Source: a virus
Taxonomy: Duplodnaviria; Caudoviricetes
Length of the DNA: 41,284 nucleotides
IMG/VR virus record: IMGVR_UViG_3300037722_000457
Location: 1 to 41,284 of that record
Reading direction: 5' to 3' (one strand)
This document shows positions 33,312-41,284 of this stretch, piece after piece. The notes under the pieces were generated by a model. That model did no database searches, was not told the origin of the DNA, and was given only the letters and a program-made list of their open reading frames with translations. Every line of letters begins with the position of its first letter. Positions within the stretch are counted from its first letter, which is position 1. The position numbers and the translations under genes were made by a program.

Positions 33312-33340
33312 ACGATACCACGCGGCTGCGACGGTGTCGA
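33312..33340 (-). promoter_or_regulatory. class E promoter TCGACA-N17-TATCGT with CGTGG extension
   Basis: Near-consensus -35 at 17-bp spacing plus extended -10. Confidence 0.8.
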
Positions 33341-33353
33341 GCCAGTTGTTGTT

Positions 33354-33491
33354 CTATCGCTTGGCAAGAGACCGCCGCGCCTTCAAAAATTCCGCAGCCT
33401 CCTCGGGCGTCCACTCGAAAATGTCCAGAGCGCCTCGTCGCATTCCGAGTTCGTAGAACCCGACCGCTTCTGGCGACGACTTCAGTTTCAC
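33354..33491 (-). CDS. 45-aa hypothetical protein
   Basis: GTGA overlap with the MuF-like gene stop. Confidence 0.5.
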   Translation of the reverse strand: MKLKSSPEAVGFYELGMRRGALDIFEWTPEEAAEFLKARRSLAKR

Positions 33492-34150
33492 GCTTCGCCG
33501 AGCTGGGCCGCTTGCTCGACTTGGGCGCCCGTCAGCGGGAGTTCGCGATTCGGCTGGACCGTCCACTTCCCGACTCGCTGAGCAAGGTCGTCCGGCCCGA
33601 GTATTCCGTCGTAGATAAGCCGCCCTAATCGAGCGTCTCGTCCGCCCCGGTCGATAAGTAGGTCGGCGATCTCGAGTTTGTCCAAGGGCCTTGCGAGCCC
33701 CCGTTGGTCCGGCATACACAAACAGGAAGGATGCAGCGGGATAAACACGCCTGAATGTTCGTGGCCGTGGAGGCCTAGGCATGCGGAGCACGCCGATTGG
33801 TTAGCCGTCCAGACCCATCCGGCTTCGAGCCTTCGAGCCTTAACGTCCCTTGCGGGAGCCATAATCGACTCCGAAAAGGAAGCCAACATCGACGCTCGAG
33901 CAATGGACGCTCTCCCGCCGGTTAACTGAGCGACGGCACGACCGCCGATATTCGGGATAACTTGCGAGGCGACCCCGGCTGCGCGCTGCGTTTGCCGAAG
34001 CGCGGCGCGCTCGAGTGCGTTGAGAAACGCCTGCTCTCTACGCCAGCCGCGCGGGTTGTTCCTCCCGAGATGATAAATCATGCGGTCGAGAGACGCTCGC
34101 GCATGCTTACGCGCTTGGGCTGCCACCTTGACCGCTTCGACGGCGGGCAT
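33488..34150 (-). CDS. MuF-like head morphogenesis / minor capsid protein
   Basis: WVW...ACSAC...HG...PLHPSCLC; follows the portal. Confidence 0.8.
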   Translation of the reverse strand: MPAVEAVKVAAQARKHARASLDRMIYHLGRNNPRGWRREQAFLNALERAALRQTQRAAGVASQVIPNIGGRAVAQLTGGRASIARASMLASFSESIMAPARDVKARRLEAGWVWTANQSACSACLGLHGHEHSGVFIPLHPSCLCMPDQRGLARPLDKLEIADLLIDRGGRDARLGRLIYDGILGPDDLAQRVGKWTVQPNRELPLTGAQVEQAAQLGEA

Positions 34151-35595
34151 TACGCCTCAGGCGCCAGCCCGGCGTCGGGGACGGGCGAACTTGTCGGGGG
34201 AGGCTGCCCAAAGAGGAGCGCTTCGCTAGCGAGGGACGCTTCCAGCCCGACGGCGGCGTCTTCCTCGCGCATCGTCTTCATTCGTTCGATCTGGTCCGGA
34301 GTGTAGCCGGCTTCAATCCAAAGTTGCTCGTCCGGAATCCCAAGGACCTCGGACTTGACCTTTAGTTCTTCGAGCTGCTCCAGCGTCGCAAATGGAGCGT
34401 TCGGCGGGAGCCAAGTCGGCATAAGGTCGGAAAGCGGCGTGTCGGCGGGCCCGCCGGCGATACGAACCGCCGCCCGCATAACCTCGGCCCAAATAGCTCC
34501 GAACTCGTCCTGGTGGTCCTGGACTCGGTCGCGCAGCCCGGCTTCTACGGTTTTAAGAGCCTCGCCGCTCGGGTAGTTCGCCATCTTGAACAGCGCATAC
34601 TGCGGAGTTCGCGTGATGAAAGCGAGGTGGTCCACCAACGTTTCGATAGCTTCCTTGTACGCGCTGAGCGCTCCCGCCTCGAACTGGCCGAATCGGGCCT
34701 GTTCGTTGGGTGCGGTCCACAATCGGTCGGCGCCCGAGCGGTAGGTTTGCATCGGTTCACCCGTCTGCGGGTCGAGCGGGATTTCAACGCCAGTCGCCCA
34801 GCGCTGCGGGGCGGCGGTGTACTCGGAAGCCACCAACATGTCCAACAGCGTCTTGTTGATCGCGTCAATTAGCGGGAGCGCGTCGGCCAGGTCGCTGCGG
34901 CTCGCCTGATTTCGCATGTCGAAGTTTGCGTTAAACTCGAACATCGGGCACTCGCCGACTTCGTGAGGGATACTAGGCGGGGCTTCGTCGGCGTCGTACT
35001 CCTCGTAGCGGTCGAATCGCTCTTCTAGGTGATTCGATCCGGTCTTGGAGATATAGCGCTCGATCCGGTCGTCGAAGTACAGGTTTACTCGGACCCAGAG
35101 GTCCTCCTTGTTAGCCTCACCGAGGTCCTCGACCCAGTACTTCATGCCGACGATCCGCTTACGCGGGTCGATATCGTCGTATAGGACGGCGCATTGTGTG
35201 GTGATTTGCGGGAAGATGCCCGGGGTCCCGTCCTCGTTCTCGGCGACGATTACGAACGCCGATCCGAACACCATCGCATCGGTGTGTACGAACCGGGATT
35301 CCACCTTCATGCGGTTCGCCATCCAGATGTCGTTGATCGTGTCGCTCAGTTCGTCGTCCGGATCACCCGACCCGAAGAACTTGATGCGTACTCGGCCCTC
35401 GGCGGTGTCGATCACCGGGCGAGCGAGGTTATCTCGAAACCCGGCGAAGAAAATACCGAATCGAGACTGGAACTCTGCAGAGGATACGGGGAGGTCCTGC
35501 TCCGCCATCCAATACTCATGCAGCTCTGCGAACTCGTCCTCTCGGGCCTTGATCTTCTGGACGAGCGGGTACCAAACTTCTTCAGCCGTCGCCAT
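34150..35595 (-). CDS. portal protein (SPP1 gp6-like)
   Basis: NLARPVID, LIDAIN, PQRWATG, SGEALK; follows TerL. Confidence 0.9.
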   Translation of the reverse strand: MATAEEVWYPLVQKIKAREDEFAELHEYWMAEQDLPVSSAEFQSRFGIFFAGFRDNLARPVIDTAEGRVRIKFFGSGDPDDELSDTINDIWMANRMKVESRFVHTDAMVFGSAFVIVAENEDGTPGIFPQITTQCAVLYDDIDPRKRIVGMKYWVEDLGEANKEDLWVRVNLYFDDRIERYISKTGSNHLEERFDRYEEYDADEAPPSIPHEVGECPMFEFNANFDMRNQASRSDLADALPLIDAINKTLLDMLVASEYTAAPQRWATGVEIPLDPQTGEPMQTYRSGADRLWTAPNEQARFGQFEAGALSAYKEAIETLVDHLAFITRTPQYALFKMANYPSGEALKTVEAGLRDRVQDHQDEFGAIWAEVMRAAVRIAGGPADTPLSDLMPTWLPPNAPFATLEQLEELKVKSEVLGIPDEQLWIEAGYTPDQIERMKTMREEDAAVGLEASLASEALLFGQPPPTSSPVPDAGLAPEA

Positions 35596-35619
35596 TACCT
35601 CTCCTGGTGCCGGTCGCCC

Positions 35620-35630
35620 TGATTATAGTC
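35620..35630 (-). promoter_or_regulatory. class L motif GACTATAATCA (portal)
   Basis: Exact copy. Confidence 0.85.
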
Positions 35631-35632
35631 CG

Positions 35633-37252
35633 TCACGACGCCACCAGGAACTTCGACCGCAACTCGGCCGCCCCTTCGATCATCATGACGAAAGCGTCTA
35701 CCGGGTCGTCGGCGATCTCGCTCGGGAACCTTACGAGGATTTCGTATAGCGCTCGCACCGACTCAACGTTCGACTCGAAATAAATGTGGCCCTGCGAAGC
35801 GCGAATAGCAACGGGAAGTGCGCGGTCGATCTTCGATTTGGCGGGCTTGAACTGACGCACCGGGATGCGGGTTTGCCGGATGGTTTCATCGGCGACCATA
35901 ATTTGCGCTGCGGTAGACTCGACGACGATGATTTTGCTATCGAACCGCTCCGCTTGTCGCACCGCTTCCCGAACCTGCTCCGTTCGGATGCCTTCGCCTC
36001 GGTCCCACCAAGCCTCACGAACGAAGAAGTCGTGGTTGAAAACAGCGCCCGTAACCACCGCTGCGTAGTCTTTGCCGCCAAAGGCCGGGTCGATAGCGGT
36101 AACGTGCGTTAGCAACCCGGCGTTAATCCACTCGTTCGACGGCTTATCGTCGCGCAAAACAACTTGCGACCCGCCGCCCTCGCTAATCGTGATACGAGCC
36201 CACTTGAGCCAGTCCCGACGGAACAGTTTCTGCCCTTCGATCATGGGGCGATTTCGCAGTTCGAACATATACGCCAACTCGCCGAACTCCTCGCGGAATC
36301 CGTCGATGCGCTCCTGCGGCCAGTACTCCGGCCACAACAAGCGATGCTGAACAGCGTAATCGCCTTCTGGCATCGGCATAGTCGGGTCGACTCGGTGCGA
36401 AACTCCGGCCTCGTCTACGTATTCGTCCCATTCGGCTTCGAGGTGTGTAACTTTCCACGGCCGAGTCCAGTCCTCGTCCTGGCGAATAAGCGCTCCGGTC
36501 ACGCTTACCCAGTCGACGAGCGTATTCATCCAGTAAATGTCCCCGCGCGGCGACATAGCGGGGCCGATAACTCGCGTGATCCAGTGACGAGTCTTCGGGT
36601 ACTGCGTTTCGCCCACCGAGTCCTCGCCTTCCGCGTCGTCGCAAATAACGGCGTCGGGGCGGGACGCTCCGCGTCGCAAACCTCGAGTCGCCTTTCGACG
36701 ACCGCGAGCCGACAGCCGGAACCCCGATTCCATTACGAGGTCTCGGTCGGTCCACTTGACTACGTTCCCGCGCTGGTCGCGAGCTGGTTTGAGGTGCGGG
36801 AAGTCCTCCAACAGCTCGTCGTTCGATTCTAGTTCGTCGATCAAAGACGCCACCAACTCCTCGACCTGCGATGCGGTCTCCGAGGTCCATAGGACGAACT
36901 GTCGCAGCTGAAACGCCGCCCAGAAGAGGACGATGATCGTGATGATCGTGGACTTGGCAAACCCTCGGGGAGCGATGATCGCCTCACGAGCACGACTCGG
37001 ACCCTTCGTATTCACGATCTCAAAGAGGTCCTCGTGGAACTGAGCGAAGTCGATGGACTCGCCGGCGCGAATAATAACCTGTGCGTCGTCGAATTCGGTC
37101 GGGTCTTTGTCCCAAATGTCATCCTGGGCCACTAAGAGGTGCGACAGGTACACGCGAGCGAACCAACCTGCTCCTCGGGATGCTAGGGCGCGCCGTCGAT
37201 CCGATGCGGACTGCCCCGGCCGTGTTTTCTTAGCACTCGCCGGCTTGGCCAA
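35633..37252 (-). CDS. terL: terminase large subunit
   Basis: APRGFAKST, ICDDAE, AIDPAFG, DDPVDA; likely TTG start at 37252 after a GAAGGAGAGG RBS. Confidence 0.92.
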   Translation of the reverse strand: MAKPASAKKTRPGQSASDRRRALASRGAGWFARVYLSHLLVAQDDIWDKDPTEFDDAQVIIRAGESIDFAQFHEDLFEIVNTKGPSRAREAIIAPRGFAKSTIITIIVLFWAAFQLRQFVLWTSETASQVEELVASLIDELESNDELLEDFPHLKPARDQRGNVVKWTDRDLVMESGFRLSARGRRKATRGLRRGASRPDAVICDDAEGEDSVGETQYPKTRHWITRVIGPAMSPRGDIYWMNTLVDWVSVTGALIRQDEDWTRPWKVTHLEAEWDEYVDEAGVSHRVDPTMPMPEGDYAVQHRLLWPEYWPQERIDGFREEFGELAYMFELRNRPMIEGQKLFRRDWLKWARITISEGGGSQVVLRDDKPSNEWINAGLLTHVTAIDPAFGGKDYAAVVTGAVFNHDFFVREAWWDRGEGIRTEQVREAVRQAERFDSKIIVVESTAAQIMVADETIRQTRIPVRQFKPAKSKIDRALPVAIRASQGHIYFESNVESVRALYEILVRFPSEIADDPVDAFVMMIEGAAELRSKFLVAS

Positions 37253-37275
37253 ACGTCCTCTCCTTCGTTTGTTGG

Positions 37276-37286
37276 TGATTATAGTC
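37276..37286 (-). promoter_or_regulatory. class L motif GACTATAATCA (terminase)
   Basis: Exact copy. Confidence 0.85.
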
Positions 37287-37294
37287 GGCACGAA

Positions 37295-37320
37295 GAAGCC
37301 GCCGGTCGCCCGACGGCTTC
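37295..37320 (-). terminator. hairpin GAAGCCGTCGG-GCGA-CCGGCGGCTTC after the RNR gene
   Basis: 11-bp stem with a GNRA loop, followed by TTC. Confidence 0.65.
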
Positions 37321-37400
37321 TAGGGTCTCCTCCCAGGCTCCAAGGTCGCCAAGCACCTCGGCAATCTGGGCAGTCTTTCGTAAGGGCAAATTTCGCGCTC

Positions 37401-39302
37401 TTACCGGATCGGGCAAGCGCCGGTCGCACAGTCGTCGTCGTCGAGCGACAACGACGAAACACCGCGCGCCGCACTCGTCGTCCACTGAATCCGATGCATC
37501 CGATCGCGGTACTCCTCTTCGTCGATTTCCTCCAGCACGGCCTGGTCCCATCCGTGGCCCGAGTGGAGGATAAACGACACCGACTTCATTCGCGACCAAT
37601 TAGCGCGGAGGTAATCCTTGATCCCGGGTAGTTCGTCCTTCCGGTAGTAAACGCTGATCGAAACTGCGTTGTCGGCCCAATCTCGCTGGAGCCGAGCTTG
37701 CATTTCCAGCTGGTCGATAGCCGAGGCGTCGTCCGCCAGCCACGTTCCTTCCGGAAACTCGCACGGGAACTCCACGATCATCGTTCGACGATTTTCGGCC
37801 CCGTCGTCGAAACGTTCGTACTCGACGTGATAACCCTGCGAACGACACCAACCTACTAGCGCGTCGTTCGAGGCCATCCGAACCCTGCGGATGTGATACC
37901 GGGAGAAGCCGGGATGAATCCCGGGAGTTACGCCAGCCAGCAGCGAAAGCGTCCCGCTAGGCTTGATCGTCGTCAAGCGTATCGACGGATTCAAGTCTCG
38001 TTCTGCGCTCCACGCCTTGTCGAATTCGCGCAGCATCTCGTAAGTCGAAGACAACCAGTCGAGCTTGGCGGCGGCCTGAGCAACCCCGGTAATCGACAAC
38101 CCGAGTCGCATATTCTGGCGAACGATCTGCGACGTTTCTATGTCGAGGTACGGAAGCGCCGCGACCGCTTTCTGGACTTTGTAGAGCAGAAGGGCGATGT
38201 CTCGGAACTGCGTTTCCGATTCGACGCGCGGAAGGAAGATTTCCGCAAGGTTGCAAGACTCGTGATCAGCCAGCGGGATTTCCCCGCACGGGTTCACGCC
38301 TTCGATACTCGGGTCCGGGTCCTCTTCGCCCATGCGCCCGTACAAGCGCGAGGCGTCCAAGTTGAACAATCCGTACGGCTCCCCGTTCCCGTGGTATCCG
38401 GCCCAGAACAAATCCGGCAGCTCGTCGATGTCGCTCGTTACCACCGTATTGTTGCTCATCGCTCGCCAATACGGAATCTCCTGGTCGAGGTCCCACCGCT
38501 TAGCGAGCAGGTAGTCACGTTCCGCCGGAGCGAGCGCGATCTGTGCCGACCGACGAACGTTCCCCGAAACGACGATTGACCCGATGATGTTAGCAATGTC
38601 GAGTACGTCCACCGTAGACAGTTTCGACCCGACTGCGCGGTCTAGGACTCGGGTGATGTGGTCGATACCTTCCACGAGAATGCCCGGCCCGCTCGCAACG
38701 CCTCCGAAGGTCTTGATCGGCGCACCCTCGGGGCGAATCAGCACGGTCGAGTAAGTGAACTCCTCGCCCTCGATATACGCCTCCAGAGTGCGTACGAGGA
38801 GGTTCGCCCAGCCTTCGCGCTTGTCGGGGACGATGAAATCTGCGTCGGTCGCTCCCTCAAGATGCGTAACCTTGCCGCCTCGAATTAGCGGCGCATGATC
38901 GGTGTCGACAGTAAACCCTACTCCGCCCCCGAGCATCAGCTCGTTGAACAGGAACGCGAAGTCCTCGGGCGTCCTAAGGACGACGTGCCAGCAGTTCACC
39001 AACGAGTCGCCGCCGAGTCGCGTGACGTTGTCGGTGCCCAGCTGCCAGAGCGCTCGCCCGGAAACCGAGCAGCGCAGGTTGAAGATGTGGTCGTACAGTC
39101 GCTCCGCTTCGTCGTCGGTCAACCCGGCCCCAATGGCCTGCGCACCGTCCACGACGCGCTCGACTGTTTCGTACCACTCCTCCGAACGATCTTCGCCCTC
39201 GACGGGACGAGCGTACGTCCGCTTGTAGACCACATACCCGAGGCCGTTGAAACCCCACTCGGGCTGACGCCCGCGGTAGCGGTCGATAAATTCCGCTTGC
39301 AT
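37401..39302 (-). CDS. nrdJ: class II (adenosylcobalamin-dependent) ribonucleotide reductase
   Basis: VYKRTYAR, LVNC, GNVRRSA, NPCGEI, TIKPSGT, C-terminal CATGACP; ATG at 39302 with GGAGG. Confidence 0.93.
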   Translation of the reverse strand: MQAEFIDRYRGRQPEWGFNGLGYVVYKRTYARPVEGEDRSEEWYETVERVVDGAQAIGAGLTDDEAERLYDHIFNLRCSVSGRALWQLGTDNVTRLGGDSLVNCWHVVLRTPEDFAFLFNELMLGGGVGFTVDTDHAPLIRGGKVTHLEGATDADFIVPDKREGWANLLVRTLEAYIEGEEFTYSTVLIRPEGAPIKTFGGVASGPGILVEGIDHITRVLDRAVGSKLSTVDVLDIANIIGSIVVSGNVRRSAQIALAPAERDYLLAKRWDLDQEIPYWRAMSNNTVVTSDIDELPDLFWAGYHGNGEPYGLFNLDASRLYGRMGEEDPDPSIEGVNPCGEIPLADHESCNLAEIFLPRVESETQFRDIALLLYKVQKAVAALPYLDIETSQIVRQNMRLGLSITGVAQAAAKLDWLSSTYEMLREFDKAWSAERDLNPSIRLTTIKPSGTLSLLAGVTPGIHPGFSRYHIRRVRMASNDALVGWCRSQGYHVEYERFDDGAENRRTMIVEFPCEFPEGTWLADDASAIDQLEMQARLQRDWADNAVSISVYYRKDELPGIKDYLRANWSRMKSVSFILHSGHGWDQAVLEEIDEEEYRDRMHRIQWTTSAARGVSSLSLDDDDCATGACPIR

Positions 39303-39327
39303 TTGTTCCTCCAAAGTTGTTGAGTAA

Positions 39328-39357
39328 GGGGCGGGGCTTCCGAAGAAACCCCGCCCC
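39328..39357 (-). terminator. strong cUUCGg hairpin upstream of nrdJ
   Basis: GGGGCGGGGTTTC-TTCG-GAAGCCCCGCCCC followed by TTAC. Confidence 0.65.
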
Positions 39358-39392
39358 GGGCACCGTTCGGGAGAGGGACGAAGGTGCCGACC

Positions 39393-39734
39393 TTACGGTG
39401 TTACGTCGATGTTCGGATGCACCAACAGGACTAGAAAGTCCTCCGGGTACGACTCGGGCTCCCCGCCCCAGTCCACTCGAAACTTCAGCGACCAAAGCCC
39501 GGCGGCGAAGCCGTTATCCGGAGTCCACGACACTTCGCCGCCGACTGCGTCTGTCACGTCTACGGCTTCGTCTACGTCCTCCGCCTCGTAGCCCTCGCGC
39601 CCATATGCGACAGTGAGCACGCGCACGCTAGTAGCAGCGCTCAAGTCCACTGGTCCGTTCGCATCGGTCAAAACGGCGACGACCGGAGGCAGTGTATCGC
39701 CCTCGGTTCGCGTCATATCAACTGCGACCATCAT
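39393..39734 (-). CDS. BppU-N-like (Ig-like) virion accessory protein
   Basis: GDTLP...LTD..GPVDLS...GEVSW...F.V.W...YP pattern. Confidence 0.65.
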   Translation of the reverse strand: MMVAVDMTRTEGDTLPPVVAVLTDANGPVDLSAATSVRVLTVAYGREGYEAEDVDEAVDVTDAVGGEVSWTPDNGFAAGLWSLKFRVDWGGEPESYPEDFLVLLVHPNIDVTP

Positions 39735-41272
39735 CCACCTCCTACGTCGTTTCCTTGAGGTACCACTGTCGCACCCACGAGGGATTCAACGAGCGTGACC
39801 CCGTTCCTAATTCCGCCAATCGTCGTCCCGAGCGGCACCGAATGCACCGGAGGAAGCCCTCCCGTAGCACCAGTCCCGGTTAGCCCGGCAATCATCGCCA
39901 AAGTCCCGACCCCGAATCGACCAGTCGTGGCGACCGCCGAGACGTTCACCGTAGCGGCTACGGCTGCGGCCGTGTTGCCCTGCTTTGCCCCTGCTGCCGT
40001 TGTGCCGGTAGTAACAGCGATGGACGAGGAAGACGTTGCGCCCTTCTCTGTCGACGCTGAAACAGCGCTAGCAACGGCTATTGCCGCCGTCCCGGAACGA
40101 TTCTCTCCTTCGGCCTTAGTGCCGGCCGCAACGACGATATGCGCCTGGGAGATTGACCCGGTTCCGCCGGCATCCTTCTGGCCCGTCGCAGCCTCGCTCG
40201 AACCCTGGCTAATCGACCCAGCACCTTCGCCGTCCTTCTGGACCGACGCTTCGACGGTACTCGATTGCGAAATCGAACTCGCACCTTCTGCGCCCTTTTC
40301 GCCGGTCGCTGTAACCTCGGTCGTTACGGAGATCGTTCCCGACCCGGAGCGATCTTCTTCGCTGCCCACTTCGCCCGTTGCGGTAACCGTGTGGCCCTGC
40401 GAAATAGACCCAACGCCTTCGCCGTCCTTCCGAACGGACGCCGTAACTCCGGTAGCCGCGCTCGTCGTCCCGACACCTTCTCCGCCCTTCTCGACCGACG
40501 CTTCGACGGTGCTGGGCTGCGAAATCGAACCCGCACCCTGCCCAGCTTTCTGCCCCGTCGCTACCGCGGTATGCCCCTGCGAAATCGACCCGGTCCCGAA
40601 CTTCGTTTCGACCGCAACGCCCGAGGCCGTTACGGTATGCGGTTGACTTATCGCTCCCGTGCCGCTACGTGCCGAGGCTCCCGACCCGGTCGCCGCTTGC
40701 GTGTGTCCGATACTCGGCGCCGCTTCGGCGTCCTTCCGAACCGTCGCAACCGTTGTGTGGGCCTGGCTGATTGCGCCGGAGCCCGATTTGTCTTCGGTAC
40801 CCGGAGTGTAGGTGATGACCACCTGCGCCGCGGTAACCGCGACCGTCACCGCGTCCTTGCCCTTGGTTTGGCTGTAGTTCGTCCAGACGGCGGGGTCCAA
40901 GAGCACGGGTGCCGGGTTGAGCTCAGCGCCTTCCCACTGGGCGACGGTGAAGCCGGTCGGGATCGACGTGTCGGTACCGGACCCAGAAGCGGATGATACC
41001 CCAGAGTTGAGGGTGTCGTCGGTGTCGCCGACCTGCGCGAGAGTCAACCCGTCCCCGGCGAGGGTCAGCTTCATCGAATGCGGCACCGCGTGGGAGTCGT
41101 CGGAGAACGACCCGGCGGTAACCGCGACGGTCATCGAGATGTCGACCTGGCTCACCGCGTCCGGGTCGAAGTCCCCGGGTGCGGTTGCGTTGTCAAGCTC
41201 GACGGTGCCGGTCAGGTCGGCGTCGGTTACGGAGGGGGCGGTGCCGGTGAGGTTACGAGTCCAGGTTGCCAT
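39731..41272 (-). CDS. repeat-rich virion protein (probable fibre/appendage)
   Basis: Multiple ~24-aa repeats of G.GSISQ..TV.A.(G/V).K; S/T/G/A-rich; GGAGG RBS. Confidence 0.7.
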   Translation of the reverse strand: MATWTRNLTGTAPSVTDADLTGTVELDNATAPGDFDPDAVSQVDISMTVAVTAGSFSDDSHAVPHSMKLTLAGDGLTLAQVGDTDDTLNSGVSSASGSGTDTSIPTGFTVAQWEGAELNPAPVLLDPAVWTNYSQTKGKDAVTVAVTAAQVVITYTPGTEDKSGSGAISQAHTTVATVRKDAEAAPSIGHTQAATGSGASARSGTGAISQPHTVTASGVAVETKFGTGSISQGHTAVATGQKAGQGAGSISQPSTVEASVEKGGEGVGTTSAATGVTASVRKDGEGVGSISQGHTVTATGEVGSEEDRSGSGTISVTTEVTATGEKGAEGASSISQSSTVEASVQKDGEGAGSISQGSSEAATGQKDAGGTGSISQAHIVVAAGTKAEGENRSGTAAIAVASAVSASTEKGATSSSSIAVTTGTTAAGAKQGNTAAAVAATVNVSAVATTGRFGVGTLAMIAGLTGTGATGGLPPVHSVPLGTTIGGIRNGVTLVESLVGATVVPQGNDVGGG

Positions 41273-41284
41273 CGCTCACCTCCC

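Noticed and set aside
37321-37400. tRNA or self-cleaving ribozyme in the structured intergenic regions
   Set aside because: No cloverleaf with a TTC T-loop and no hammerhead CUGAUGA/GAAA core could be assembled by eye.
37253-37474. N-terminal extension of TerL as given in the ORF track (similarly for PolA, primase, ligase and scaffold)
   Set aside because: The extensions overlap upstream genes or promoters; internal starts with good RBS or stop-start overlaps fit better.
39303-39392. Cobalamin riboswitch upstream of nrdJ
   Set aside because: The region is too short, and I could not find the GGGAA / GCCCCCGCAACUGU-type core; only generic hairpins are visible.

Overview
This is a ~41 kb segment of a high-GC tailed (siphovirus-like) phage genome, probably infecting an Actinomycetota-type host (inference). 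Essentially all real genes lie on the minus strand. It contains head, tail and lysis genes (TerL, portal, MuF-like protein, scaffold, capsid, connectors, major tail, a -1 frameshifted tail chaperone, tape measure, a LamG-rich tail protein, M23 endolysin). It also has a replication/recombination operon (PD-(D/E)XK nuclease, AAA ATPase, SSB-like protein, RepB-type primase, DUF3987-type helicase, family-4 UDG, ASCH, PolA, RuvC-like resolvase), class II RNR, DNA ligase, two DEDD exonucleases, an ABC-ATPase/GNAT fusion and a (p)ppGpp-hydrolase-like HD protein missing from the ORF track. The most notable signal is regulatory. Early, replication and morphogenesis modules are interleaved, and each type is headed by its own repeated motif: five CGTGGTANNNT extended -10 sites (mostly leaderless), three copies of a 29-nt GTAAACT...CCGCGYCAWGTA motif, and seven GACTATAATCA sites. 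An ECF-like sigma gene sits in an early unit with a kinase and a HAD phosphatase, and a sigma with a degenerate region 4 sits in the replication unit. This suggests a two-sigma, three-tier transcription cascade. Family assignments come from motif recognition by eye, not database searches.
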